Below are positions 51,485-61,975 of a DNA stretch of 64,000 bases, piece after piece. Source of the stretch: Tubulanus polymorphus (taxonomy: Eukaryota; Animalia; Nemertea). The notes beneath the pieces were generated by a model that was not told the DNA's origin, did not search any database, and saw only the letters and a program-made list of their open reading frames with translations. Within the stretch, counting starts at the first letter, position 1; each line of letters begins with the position of its first letter. Position numbers and translations under genes: made by a program. Location of the stretch: contig NC_134025.1 of the NCBI RefSeq assembly GCF_964204645.1, positions 15,004,001-15,068,000 of the forward strand. The letters are read 5' to 3'.

Positions 51485-52945
51485 TTATTTATTTTTTATC
51501 ATATTCACTAACCCAAAAATAATAGCACTTACAACTGTAATTAAAAATAAAATAATATGTTCAGCAGCAAAGTTAATAATGTTTCCTGCAGATTTCAATA
51601 TAAAACCAACAATTGATGCAATAACTCCTGGTAAAGCTGCAGCAGATTTTTTAGATAGTTCCCATAGATATTTTGCTAATTTCTTTAAACCATCTTTAAC
51701 TTTATCTTGTATAGAATTATTATCATTCGGGGGTTTATCCGGTTTATTTGGAGTAGGAGTAGATTTTAAAGCATTCCATATTGCTAAACCAATTGTTGTA
51801 AATAACATAGTTACAGCTGTTAGAATTGAAAGAATTGGTATTCCTTCTAATTTAAATAATAATCTTATTCTATCTTTCAATGATATTTTAGAATCTGGTT
51901 TTATCAACAAATCTTTAAGAACATCTTTTAATCTTTTAAAATTATTACCAAATTCTTTTAATAATATATCTCTTTCACCTTTCAGTACTTCTAAATTATC
52001 TTTTAAATTATTAATTTCTTTTTCTAAACCTAATTCTTTTTGCCTATATTCTATTTCATCAATTGCTGGATGGTCTAAATCAGACTTTAATTTTTCTATT
52101 TCTTTATTTTTATCAGTTAATTCTTTTTCTAAATTGTTAATTTTAATATCTCTTATACTTTTTTCATTCGCAATTTTTTCAGCCGATTCTTGCATACCTT
52201 TAATTTCTCTACGTGTTTGTTCAGGATATAATTCTAATTCATCATCAGTTAAATCAAATAATCTATTTGGTAAAAGTTTTTCAGTTTGAACTTCGTTTGA
52301 TTTAGGTTTACTAGTTTTGGAAGTTTTATTCTGTTCAGAAGTTGTTTCTGTTTCTGGATTATCATCGATTATTTTAAATAAGTCATCAATTCTTTGACTA
52401 AATACTCTTATATTATCATCGCTTTCTTCTTGTGTGACATTGGTTATTTCATTACTAATACTTATTCTCTTAATTTTATCTAGACCTAATTTTCTCAAAG
52501 TTGATTCCGCTAATATTTTATTTAGTTTTGTTCTTTGATCAGTGATATCAATATAATAATCACCATCCAAACGATAATAATATTTACCTTTACAAAGTTT
52601 TAATTTTTGTACTAAAAGTCTGGCGCCTCTATCATTTATATTATATCCGGATTCTTTAAATACACGTTGAAAATCATACATAAAATCAATATTTTCAATA
52701 TCTTCCTTTGATAAACCTGGGTCTAAATTTTCAGTAGGTATTCTCGATCTAGTTCTTCTATCAAATTCATCTGTTTATGGGGCTTTAGAACCACTATCTG
52801 CTAAATTAGAATTATATGCTGATTCATTACCATCATCAATATTAGTTTCATTAAGATTAGCACCTGCATCATAATCATCATCAATATATCCTTCATTATT
52901 ATTTCCCATGCCTTCCATTTCATAATCTCCTCCACCTTCTGCCAT
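51485..52945 (-). pseudogene. Coiled-coil protein with C-terminal membrane segments (frameshifted near N-terminus)
   Basis: Start MAEGGGDYEM at 52945; long heptad region; GIPILSILTAVTMLFTTIGLAIW, LPGVIASIVGFIL, IILFLITVVSAIIFGLV. Confidence 0.7.
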
Positions 52946-52961
52946 TTACATAATAAAAAAA

Positions 52962-54286
52962 TTAAAATTTAAAATATAATATTCCTCCGATTACAATTCC
53001 TATACAAGTTAAAGCTAATTTAGTATTTTCATGGGATTTATTATCATCATTTAGTTTAATTATATCATGTTAAATATTATCAGTTTTTATATTTTCTGAT
53101 GTATTGTAATCTTTTATTTTAGAATCATTATTTAATTTAATATTATTAGTTTTAGTTTCAGTTGATTGAATGCATTTTTTATTTTTTTCACCTTCCATTA
53201 ATTTTGGAGCAGTAATAATCTTTTTATTTATATCATTCAATCCAAATGAATTATTTATTGTTGCAGTTTTAATTAGATTATTGTAACCAATCATGTTTCC
53301 CATCTTTAATACTAAATCATTAGAAATAATTAATAGATTAGGGCCTATACAATAATTTAATCTATTATGTGATTTATCTAAATAATTTTGATATCTTTCA
53401 ATGTTTCTGGAATAGATCTATTTTTATCATTATGAATGGAATCTTCAAATAATACTTTGAATTGTTTCTGCGCATCGAATGAAGTGTTATCATTTCCAAC
53501 TATTGGTGATCTTGTTTCAACTTGCGCGCCTAAAATACATATCAAATAAGTTCTAATAGATTGATTTATTCTTTGTATACCTGATTTTGTAAAACCTTCA
53601 CTATTTTCTACAATGAAATTAACCCAACCATTATTATTTTGTTGCTGTATATTATTATAATATTTTGGTAATTCATTCCAATTTAGTGTTCTTATATCTG
53701 AATTTGTCATTATTTTTCCAAATTCTTTAGTATACAATATTCCTAATCCACCCATTGTTCCAATTTTTGCTCTAAAATCTTTATTTGAATAAATATTTAA
53801 TTCATTACATATTTTATAAAACTTAGAAAAATTAATATTATTATTCAATTCTTTAAAATATTTTGAACCTGGTAAAGGACATTCTAATTCATCTAATATT
53901 AATTTTATTTGAAAATATGTATGAAATCTAAAAAGTGATAACATCAATGGTAAACTTGGTTTGTTTAAATGATCATTCCAACTAATTCCACATCCTGTTG
54001 TTGCACAATAAACAGCAAAATTTAATTGGTTCTGCCAATACTTCATATTAGATTTTAATAACCATTGTTTTGCCTCATTTAAATTTTTGAAATTAATTGT
54101 ATACACATGAAATATATTTTCCATCTTTACATGAAAATTATTACTTTCAGTAACATAAATATATAAATCAATTAATGAATTTAAAACTTCATTTCTATAT
54201 GTAATATCTTTATTAAAATCTATTGCTGGAATATTATATTTAATTGATTTATTATATTGGAAAGCTTTTGGAAAACTATCTGCCAT
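52962..54286 (-). pseudogene. Conserved unknown virus protein with C-terminal TM anchor (frameshifted)
   Basis: WQNQLNFAVYCATTGCGIS, FRFHTYFQ, ILGAQVETRSPI; C-terminal LALTCIGIVIGGILYF. Confidence 0.7.
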
Positions 54287-54303
54287 TTATATAATTAAAA
54301 AAA

Positions 54304-54738
54304 TTAATAATTAACTAATTCTTTTAATAATTTATCTTGTTCTTCAACTGTTATATGACCATTTAAACTTATTATATAATCTAGTGTATTCTTTAATTTA
54401 TTAATTTCTTTTATATTAGTTTTAATTTTTTCTTTATTACTTTTTATATTTAATTTTGAACTTATTCCGGTTAAAACACTTGAACTTAATCCTAACACGC
54501 CAATTGATATAGCTAAAGGTGTTAATGGACTGAATATTGCTAGAAATGTTATTACAGAACTAATTGTAACCGAACCACTTATAATCAAATAATATATAAT
54601 TTTAGATTTTAAATATTTTTTCTTTTTTATCTTTAAATCACTTTCAAATTCTAATATTTGTTTTTCTAAATATATTTTTAATTTAGTTTTATTTATATCA
54701 TGAGGAATAATACCAATATTATCAACTTTATCTTCCAT
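54304..54738 (-). CDS. Two-TM-helix protein flanked by coiled coils
   Basis: IIYYLIISGSVTISSVITFLAIF..LAISIGVLGLSSSVLTGI. Confidence 0.7.
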   Translation of the reverse strand: MEDKVDNIGIIPHDINKTKLKIYLEKQILEFESDLKIKKKKYLKSKIIYYLIISGSVTISSVITFLAIFSPLTPLAISIGVLGLSSSVLTGISSKLNIKSNKEKIKTNIKEINKLKNTLDYIISLNGHITVEEQDKLLKELVNY

Positions 54739-54758
54739 TTATTTAGCAAAACAAGTTA

Positions 54759-55181
54759 CTAATTAGTAAACTTATAAGCAACAAATATAACAATAACTGT
54801 TCCCCCTAAAATCCATATTATTTCATATTTCTGTTGTTCTTTACTCGGGGTATAATAATCTGATATTTTAGGTTTGTATAGATGTAATTTTTCTTTATTG
54901 GTTACCGCGTTATATAAACTCATTGCATCATCAACTGATTGAAAATCTCTGTGTGAAATCTTCTGATCATATAATTCTTTGTTAATATAATCCATATAGT
55001 TTTGTCTCTTTTCTCTATATTCTTCTGCAGCTTTATTGTATTTCTCTAATGCTAAGTTATGTCTTTTTTGTTCTGTTAATGATCCATTTTTATCAATATG
55101 TTTAAATAAATAACCACCACCAGTAAATGCAAAAGCGTTAACAATTGCCGATCCTATAATAGTTATAATTGCAGAAGCCAT
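54759..55181 (-). CDS. Protein with hydrophobic Gly/Ala N-terminus, coiled coil and C-terminal TM
   Basis: MASAIITIIGSAIVNAFAFTGGGYLF..EQKRHNLALEKY..IIWILGGTVIVIFVAYKF. Confidence 0.75.
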   Translation of the reverse strand: MASAIITIIGSAIVNAFAFTGGGYLFKHIDKNGSLTEQKRHNLALEKYNKAAEEYREKRQNYMDYINKELYDQKISHRDFQSVDDAMSLYNAVTNKEKLHLYKPKISDYYTPSKEQQKYEIIWILGGTVIVIFVAYKFTN

Positions 55182-55196
55182 TTATTTAGTAAAATA

Positions 55197-55407
55197 ATTA
55201 CGCATTTATATGGGAGGAATATGATTTTAGTTAAATTAGATAAAGTAACTGCTAATGTTAATTTTAAAATAACATTTATATCAAATCTATCAACATTAAC
55301 ACTTCCCATTTTGAATACTTTTTTAATACCATTGAATAACCAACAGTTCCAACTGATAGTAGTGCGCCATTATATAATCCAGTTATTATCCACTTATTAT
55401 CACTCAT
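55197..55407 (-). pseudogene. Small hydrophobic protein (frameshift in A-run ~55322), not in ORF track
   Basis: MSDNKWIITGLYNGALLSVGTVGYSMVL/KVFKMGSVNVDRFDINVILKLTLAVTLSNLTK; TAAATG start. Confidence 0.55.
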
Positions 55408-55749
55408 TTATTTATCAAAAAAATTACTATCATCAAAATATTTAGTTATCTTATTCATGATTAATTCAACATTTATTTCATTACTACTTTTATGATTATC
55501 ATATATTTTGGATAATATGTTTTTAATATCATCAATAATTCCATGTTCATTTAATTCATAATATTCTAAAGGTGATTTAATTAAATCAATTACTTTTTCT
55601 ATATTATAATTTTCTTTATTAATCATTGATGCATTGTTAAATGATTTACTTTTTATATCAGTAATTACATCATTTAGTTCAATTCTCATTTCTTTACCAT
55701 GTTTAAAATCAAACCCAAAACATATACTCGGTCCAACAGTTATATTCAT
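55408..55749 (-). CDS. Unknown virus protein
   Basis: 113-aa ORF with TAAATG start in the same cassette. Confidence 0.6.
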   Translation of the reverse strand: MNITVGPSICFGFDFKHGKEMRIELNDVITDIKSKSFNNASMINKENYNIEKVIDLIKSPLEYYELNEHGIIDDIKNILSKIYDNHKSSNEINVELIMNKITKYFDDSNFFDK

Positions 55750-55773
55750 TTATATAGTGAAAAAAATTACTCT

Positions 55774-56522
55774 CTACATCTTATAACTAATTCTTAAATT
55801 ACAGGAAAGTTATTCAAATCAATTAAATATCCATTGTGATTTCTAATCTAAAATTATTAAAACGAGGAATGCATGGTTTGAAATCACATTCTGTTAAATT
55901 ATAATTTATTTGCGTTCCAAATTCTTTAACATTCTTCAATTGTAAAATGTTTAGTAAACCAGAATTACAAGTTATATATTTAGTTGCTTCGAATGTTTTT
56001 GTTGGATCGATTAAATTGCAATAAATATAAAAATGCGTGTAAGGTATTAAGTTTGGTGTAACAGCATCAATATTTGTAAAAGATCTATCTGGAAGAATTC
56101 CTAACAGTTTAGCTATAGGTTTTTTTTACCATAAATTTATGTTTTTCACTATTAGACAACCTTATCTTAATTCTATCAGAACTATCACTTTTTAAAAATC
56201 TAATACTAAACCCAGAACTACTACCTAATTTGTGCCAGGCTTTTCTATTAATTTCTTGTGCTAATGTATCTACATTATATAACCCCGGTTTTAAATATAT
56301 ATAGACCCATGAATCTATGTGTCTATTAAAAACTAAAAAGGCTCTATGTTCAATAGTTTTATTCGATATATTATAAAAAGAATTACATAAACTTATATTA
56401 ACTAATTTTAAATCTACACAATTCTTGAATTCTCTATCTAATTGTACTAGTAAATTATGTGATTTATAATTAGTAAGTCTTCTAGAATCAACAAATATTC
56501 TGTATTCTTTTAATTCTACCAT
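55774..56522 (-). pseudogene. Minor capsid (penton)-like protein, frameshifted
   Basis: IFVDSR, LKLVNISLCNSFYNIS, LKPGLYNVDTLAQEIN, then AKLLG..YIYCNLID..NGYLIDLNNFPV after frameshift ~56120. Confidence 0.65.
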
Positions 56523-56573
56523 TTATTTTACATATTTTATTCGAAATCTATTTCATGGTGCCCTTTTTCATTC

Positions 56574-56891
56574 TTACCTTTGTATACGAAATAGAAATCT
56601 CCAGAACATAATTCTTCTAAAGTCTTCACTTGATAATCTATGAAATCTATCCGGTAAATATGTTCTGAATTTATATGTATTTCCTTTTAATCCTTCATAT
56701 TCTAAGTGTATAACTAATTTATCTCCATAGTTATTAGTAACTGTATCAATATTTGTAATTAGATATTTCTTATGAATTGTTAATTCTGTTAACTTTTTGA
56801 ATTTATAATCTACAGATTTTACATTTGTGATATCTTTAATTCTATCTAGAAATAATTTGTTGTTCTCACTGTGCGCTTGTTTACTCTCCAT
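56574..56891 (-). CDS. Small protein, possibly OB-fold ssDNA-binding
   Basis: FKKLTELTIHKKYLIT..TNNYGDKLVIHL..RTYLPDRF pattern; adjacent to pPolB; function is inference. Confidence 0.45.
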   Translation of the reverse strand: MESKQAHSENNKLFLDRIKDITNVKSVDYKFKKLTELTIHKKYLITNIDTVTNNYGDKLVIHLEYEGLKGNTYKFRTYLPDRFHRLSSEDFRRIMFWRFLFRIQR

Positions 56892-56920
56892 TTATAATAC
56901 ATATTTTTATTAAAATTTGA

Positions 56921-59900
56921 TTAACACGTTAGAATTCTTTTCATTATCTCGTTCTCTTTTGTTTCTTCTCTTTTAAATTTTAAGTATTCATCTAAATTGC
57001 AACCATATGCAACTGTATGAATTCCATCATCTAAAATATATCTTTTATCATCAAATGGGTTTAGACTTATCTTTTCAATTTCTTCAATAAACATTTCATG
57101 ATCTTCAGATCTTAAACATCTCATCTTATGTTTTCTAACTTCTTCATTGAATATACAATTGATGTAATCTTTGAAATGAATATTCTTTTCTACTACACTT
57201 TTGGTTATTCCTTTTAACTTTTTAGCTTCACGTTCTTTGGTTTTATATGAATACATTTTTAGATCTAATACCAATGAATTCAATCATTTCTTCACCGCCT
57301 AATTCATCTTTGAATTTACCGGGAACTTTTTTATTATCATTGCTAAACAATTCATGATTTTTAGGATAGTTACTGAAATCAAAATGATGTTTTAATGTTT
57401 TTAAATCATCAGTTATGTTATCAGTTTTTATCTTTAATATGTAACTGTCAGTATCAAAATATAATATTTCTATATGCTTTTCTCCAAACAATGGTTGTAA
57501 TACATTATAATAGAATTCATACATTAGTAATTTTGATAATTCTAAAACTGAAGCGCCAACATAGATTGGTTTATTAAATTTCATTGATGTTCTTCTCATC
57601 TTAACTGCGGCTAAATTTTCATCAAATATTCTGTTACCAATGAACTTAGGATATGTTTGTAAATGCCTTATCCTTTTGCCATTACTAACTAACTGAATAT
57701 CATTTCTATTTCTAATATTTTCACAAGTCTTACCATAGAATGCATTATTCATTAACTTGAAGAAATCTTTTTCGAAATCAGTTTTAGCTTCAGTTCTCTG
57801 TTTGGTGTTAAAATCTATATATTTTTCTAACCACTTAGATTGACTAAATGAAATATATCTATGTACTTTTTTTAAGAATAGTTCCTTGTTTTAGATAAAA
57901 CGTTAACATTCTGTAATGTACTACATAATTATATTTATCTTCTTGAGTTACCATTAACTTTTCTGTATGAATATGATTTTCGGGTTTAATTCTTTTTTGA
58001 TAATTTGATAATTCTTCATGTGTTACAGTTTTATGTTCGGGACAGTAAGCTAGATTTCTAGATTTAAATTTTTTATCTTCAGGATATTCTAAATCTACAA
58101 CAAAGAAGTAACCAGTATCTGAATCATCTGCAATATCTAGAATTCTTTTCTTCCAATCAAATTTATCATTATTTTCATTCTGTAAAACTTCAGTTAATTC
58201 AAATACTCCATAAGGTTGTGGTTCCATCATTGCCCAACCATACAAATTATTTGCATCTATATATAATATCTTATATCCAGGGTTATCATTTACATTGAAA
58301 TATCTATCACCTAATACACCTGAAACTCCTCCTCTTATAGATTTTTCAAATAATAATAATTGATCTATATTTGTTAACAAATCCATTTTCATATCTGTAA
58401 ATTTTAATCCACAATCCCATGTTAATCCTGGACTTGAATAACAATGACAAGGATCAAAATTAAATAATAATAATACATACATGATTTTCTATTTTGAAAT
58501 GATTCCAAATATTCAATGTTCTATTATATACTTCATCTTTAACATATTCATTTTTTAATTCATCGTAGAATTGTTCTTTTAATAATTCAGTTATATTAAA
58601 ATCATTATGTGATTTATAAAATGAATATGGAATTGCGCCTTTATATCTCATTATTTGAAAATCATCATTATTTGGGTAGTGTTGCTTCAATATTTTTAAT
58701 TCATCATCAACTAATGATTTTGATAAGTTATCTTATGAACTATTTAAAAATCTATATGAATCTATAAATCTTAGGCAACCAAATTGGAATGATATATAAT
58801 TCTCAGATGTTTTAGCTAACATTCTAAATTTATAAGTTGGTATTTTATCTTTTGATCTATTTGAATTTAATATTTCTATTTCATTATTGATTTCTTCTAT
58901 TTTTTTGCATAACTGTTTGATAAATAAATGTGCATCATATCCTGATAGATTATGAAATATAACTGGTACAAAGTTAATTTTCTTAGCTTGTAAGTTACAA
59001 TTCTCATGTGCGGCGCCTCTAAACTTTCCATTCAAATGATCATGGTCTCTTACTTTTTTATCTTTATAATTAAATATCTTTTCACAATAATAACATTTAT
59101 CTGCAAACTCAAATGCTTCTTTTTCTTCTTCTGTCATTATAATTTCTATATTTGTATTCAATAATTTACTAAATCTTATTTCATATTCAATTAATAAGTC
59201 ACAAAAATGATTGATAACATTTTCATTTCCGTAATCATAATATTCACTTTCAATTAGTTCTGGATAATCAGATTTAATATATAACCCGAAAGCTGCGGCT
59301 GATTGATGAATCTTTTTAAAAGTATTTGTTTTTGGTGATTCTTCTGAAAAATCATTTTCATTAGAATTTAATTCCTTTCTTTTATAATATATTTCTTTTC
59401 TATCTTGATCAGTTAATTCTTTATTTAATGATTCAAAATCTCCATATATAACAAATGGTACTTTATTTTTGTAATCATATTTTTTGAATTCTAATATTTT
59501 ATCTTTTTCATTTGGTAAAACTAATTTACAATAATCATGATTTTCACATAATTGTTTATGATTTAATAATGTACTTTCATTACTGAATCTATGTAAACAT
59601 TTTCTACAAAGATATATTTTATGGTGATCATTTTCTGATTTAAAAAATAAATCTATTTGTTTAATCCACATATAATGATTCTCATAATATAGTATATCTA
59701 TAACGTCGTTTGAATCATAATCTTTTGATAGGTATAAAGGTTCTAATGTATAATGTTTTATGTTGTTACCTTTTGTATTTGGTAATTTGATTAAATCAAA
59801 TACATTTATCTTTATATTATTATCTCTTTCTATTTTTGGGATGTTTTTAATTATAACAGGATACTTATCTATCTTATAATTATTTTCAAATTGTTTATAA

Positions 59901-60890
59901 TTTGTTAATCTAAAACTATGTTGTTTATAATCTTCAACCGGGTGTAAACAACTTATTATAGCCCATAGAAAACATTTATCATCTTCATTTTGCTCATTTA
60001 TTACAGCATTAGTTTTAAATGGTAGTTTAATATAACTCGATGCTTCAATATCTGGTTCTTTATAATATGATACATTATTTTCATCTATTGGTTTTGATTT
60101 AGTTAACTTATTATATTTTGTGTTATTAACATGTAAAGTCATAAATATTATTTCATCAAATATTAAACCAGATCCTTCAAAATATTTCTCTTCTATTTTA
60201 GTTTTTACTTCATTATAACATTTATCTAATTTATGATCTATATGTTGTTTTGAAATAATATGTTGTGAATGAGAATTTATATTATATATTGGTTTATCTT
60301 CAGATTTTATGAATTTAACTTTAGAAGATATACTTATTTTAGGATATTCAACATCAGTTATTATTTTTATTATTTCTTTCATATTTTCTAAATGTTTTTT
60401 ATTTCCTTCTAATGTTTTTCCTTTATGAAATTTAAACTCGATAGCTGCTGGGCCAATATCACTTTTAAATGCTTCGGTTATCTCTATATCTTTTTTATTA
60501 TCTAATGAATTAATATATTTTCTTACATCTTCCATGTATGGTCTTTTATTGTTTGATTTATTTTTTATGCTTTTAATTGTCTTCTGTTTCTTATCATTAT
60601 CTTTATCAAAATAATCTTCACCTAAAATATCATTATTCTTATTTCTAATATGACTTTGTGATTTTAAATGTTCATTATAATATCTTTTATCACTGAATGA
60701 TTGATTACATGTATCACATTTGTATGTTTCTTTTTCATTCTTTAATTCATCTAATTTAGATTCTAATATATCATCTTTATATTCTAGTTTCAATTTATTC
60801 TCTAAATGTGTTTTAGTTTTATTGTGTCTTTTTTTTGGATTTATCTATATTGATATTACATGTTGGGCAGTAGTACTTATTTGCTTCCAT
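56921..60890 (-). pseudogene. polB: Protein-primed family B DNA polymerase (group-2 Polinton type) with N-terminal zinc fingers, vOTU-like and endonuclease VII-like domains; several frameshifts
   Basis: YGDFES, FHNLSGYDAH, FIDSYRFL, YIDANNLYGWAM, KLMNNAFYGKT, YFDTDS, KKLKGI, DDKRY; DDKCFLWA..HYMWI; CYYC..VRDHDHLNGKFRGAAHENCN. Confidence 0.95.
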
Positions 60891-60944
60891 TTTAATACTA
60901 AATTTTTTATTAAAATTGATATTAGAAGTTCAATGATTTATATC

Positions 60945-61506
60945 ATGCATTATTTCGATCACACTTTACTAACACTTTTAATGTTTAAAAATCTAACTCA
61001 CACAAATATGAATATTGAAATAATGTTGTAAATATATAATTTTATATTGAATAATCTATCAATTTAAATGTTATTCATGTATATGATTATTTTAAGAGTA
61101 ATACGGGTAATGGGCTTTCAGGTTAAAGGTTGAATGGTCGAGTTCATTAAAAACAAATATTAAAAGTAATTTAAAACTATAATGTATTTTCATAACCGTG
61201 TGTATTTCAGTTGAATAATAGAATAATTATTATTATTAAAATATATTTGATTATATGAATTTTTGTATTGTAAATAAATCAATTGGTCGTGGAGCGGAGC
61301 GGTAGCGAAGTGGAGCGACCAATTGATTTGATACAATATGCTTTTAAAATTTAAAGTATTGATATCTTAGAATCTATATTTAGTTATAATATAAAATGCA
61401 CACGGTTATGAAAATGTATTATAGTTTTAAATTACTTTTAATGTTTTGTTTTTTAATGAGCTCGACCGTTCGACCTTTGGCTTGAAAGCCCATTACCCCT
61501 ATTACT
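60945..61506. repeat. Right TIR (~560 bp) whose outer ~410 nt (61096-61507) form a fold-back
   Basis: 61096-61205 pairs with ~61395-61507; apical stem AAATCAATTGGTCG/CGACCAATTGATTT around a purine-rich loop. Confidence 0.9.
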
Positions 61507-61962
61507 CACATTCCGTTGTCGGCTCGGGGTCAGGCTTATCTTGTGTTAGCCTCCCGTCAGTCAGTTATGGACTCCAGTTCCAAAGCTCGTCTACCGGATA
61601 TTGTGTCCAATGCTTTGCTGAGAGCTCCATTGGGGACGTCTTCACGTCTCTTCCCCGGTTGGTGCGCTCCTGTTTCCGTCGAGCTGAGGAAGATTCGGGA
61701 GGTCCAGACCAAGTCCGCCGTCCGAACTCCGTGGAAAAAGCGTTCTGGTCCGACGCCGGCGGCGCAAGGTTCGACACGGACGCAAACAGGACCAACTCAA
61801 ACTTCAGCGCTTTCTCAGGTGGCAACGGATGCCGGTTGGAGAACTAGCGCGCAACTTCAACAATCATGTCAAACCTTGACCAGTCGTAACAGTTCCGGTT
61901 CGTATCGAGGCAAGGGGAAGGCTCCAAAAAGGGGCTCTTCCTTTTGGAAAAACTCGAAATGA
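61507..61962 (+). pseudogene. DIRS gag C-terminus
   Basis: LLRAPLGTSSRLF motif and basic Gly/Arg-rich tail typical of DIRS ORF1. Confidence 0.65.
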
Positions 61963-61975
61963 ATTCTCGGGACCA

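Larger units (their letters stand above)
41905..61506. mobile_element. Endogenous Polinton/Maverick-like virus (~19.6 kb including nested insert)
   Basis: TIR match 41906-42283 vs 60945-61323; right end ..TATTACT (5'-AGT terminus on the minus strand); 6-bp TSD-like CACAGT/CACATT; pPolB, integrase, ATPase, MCP, mCP; very AT-rich, intronless. Confidence 0.93.

Noticed and set aside
51429-52289. 286-aa + strand ORF
   Set aside because: Antisense shadow of the coiled-coil gene; no TAAATG start or recognisable motifs
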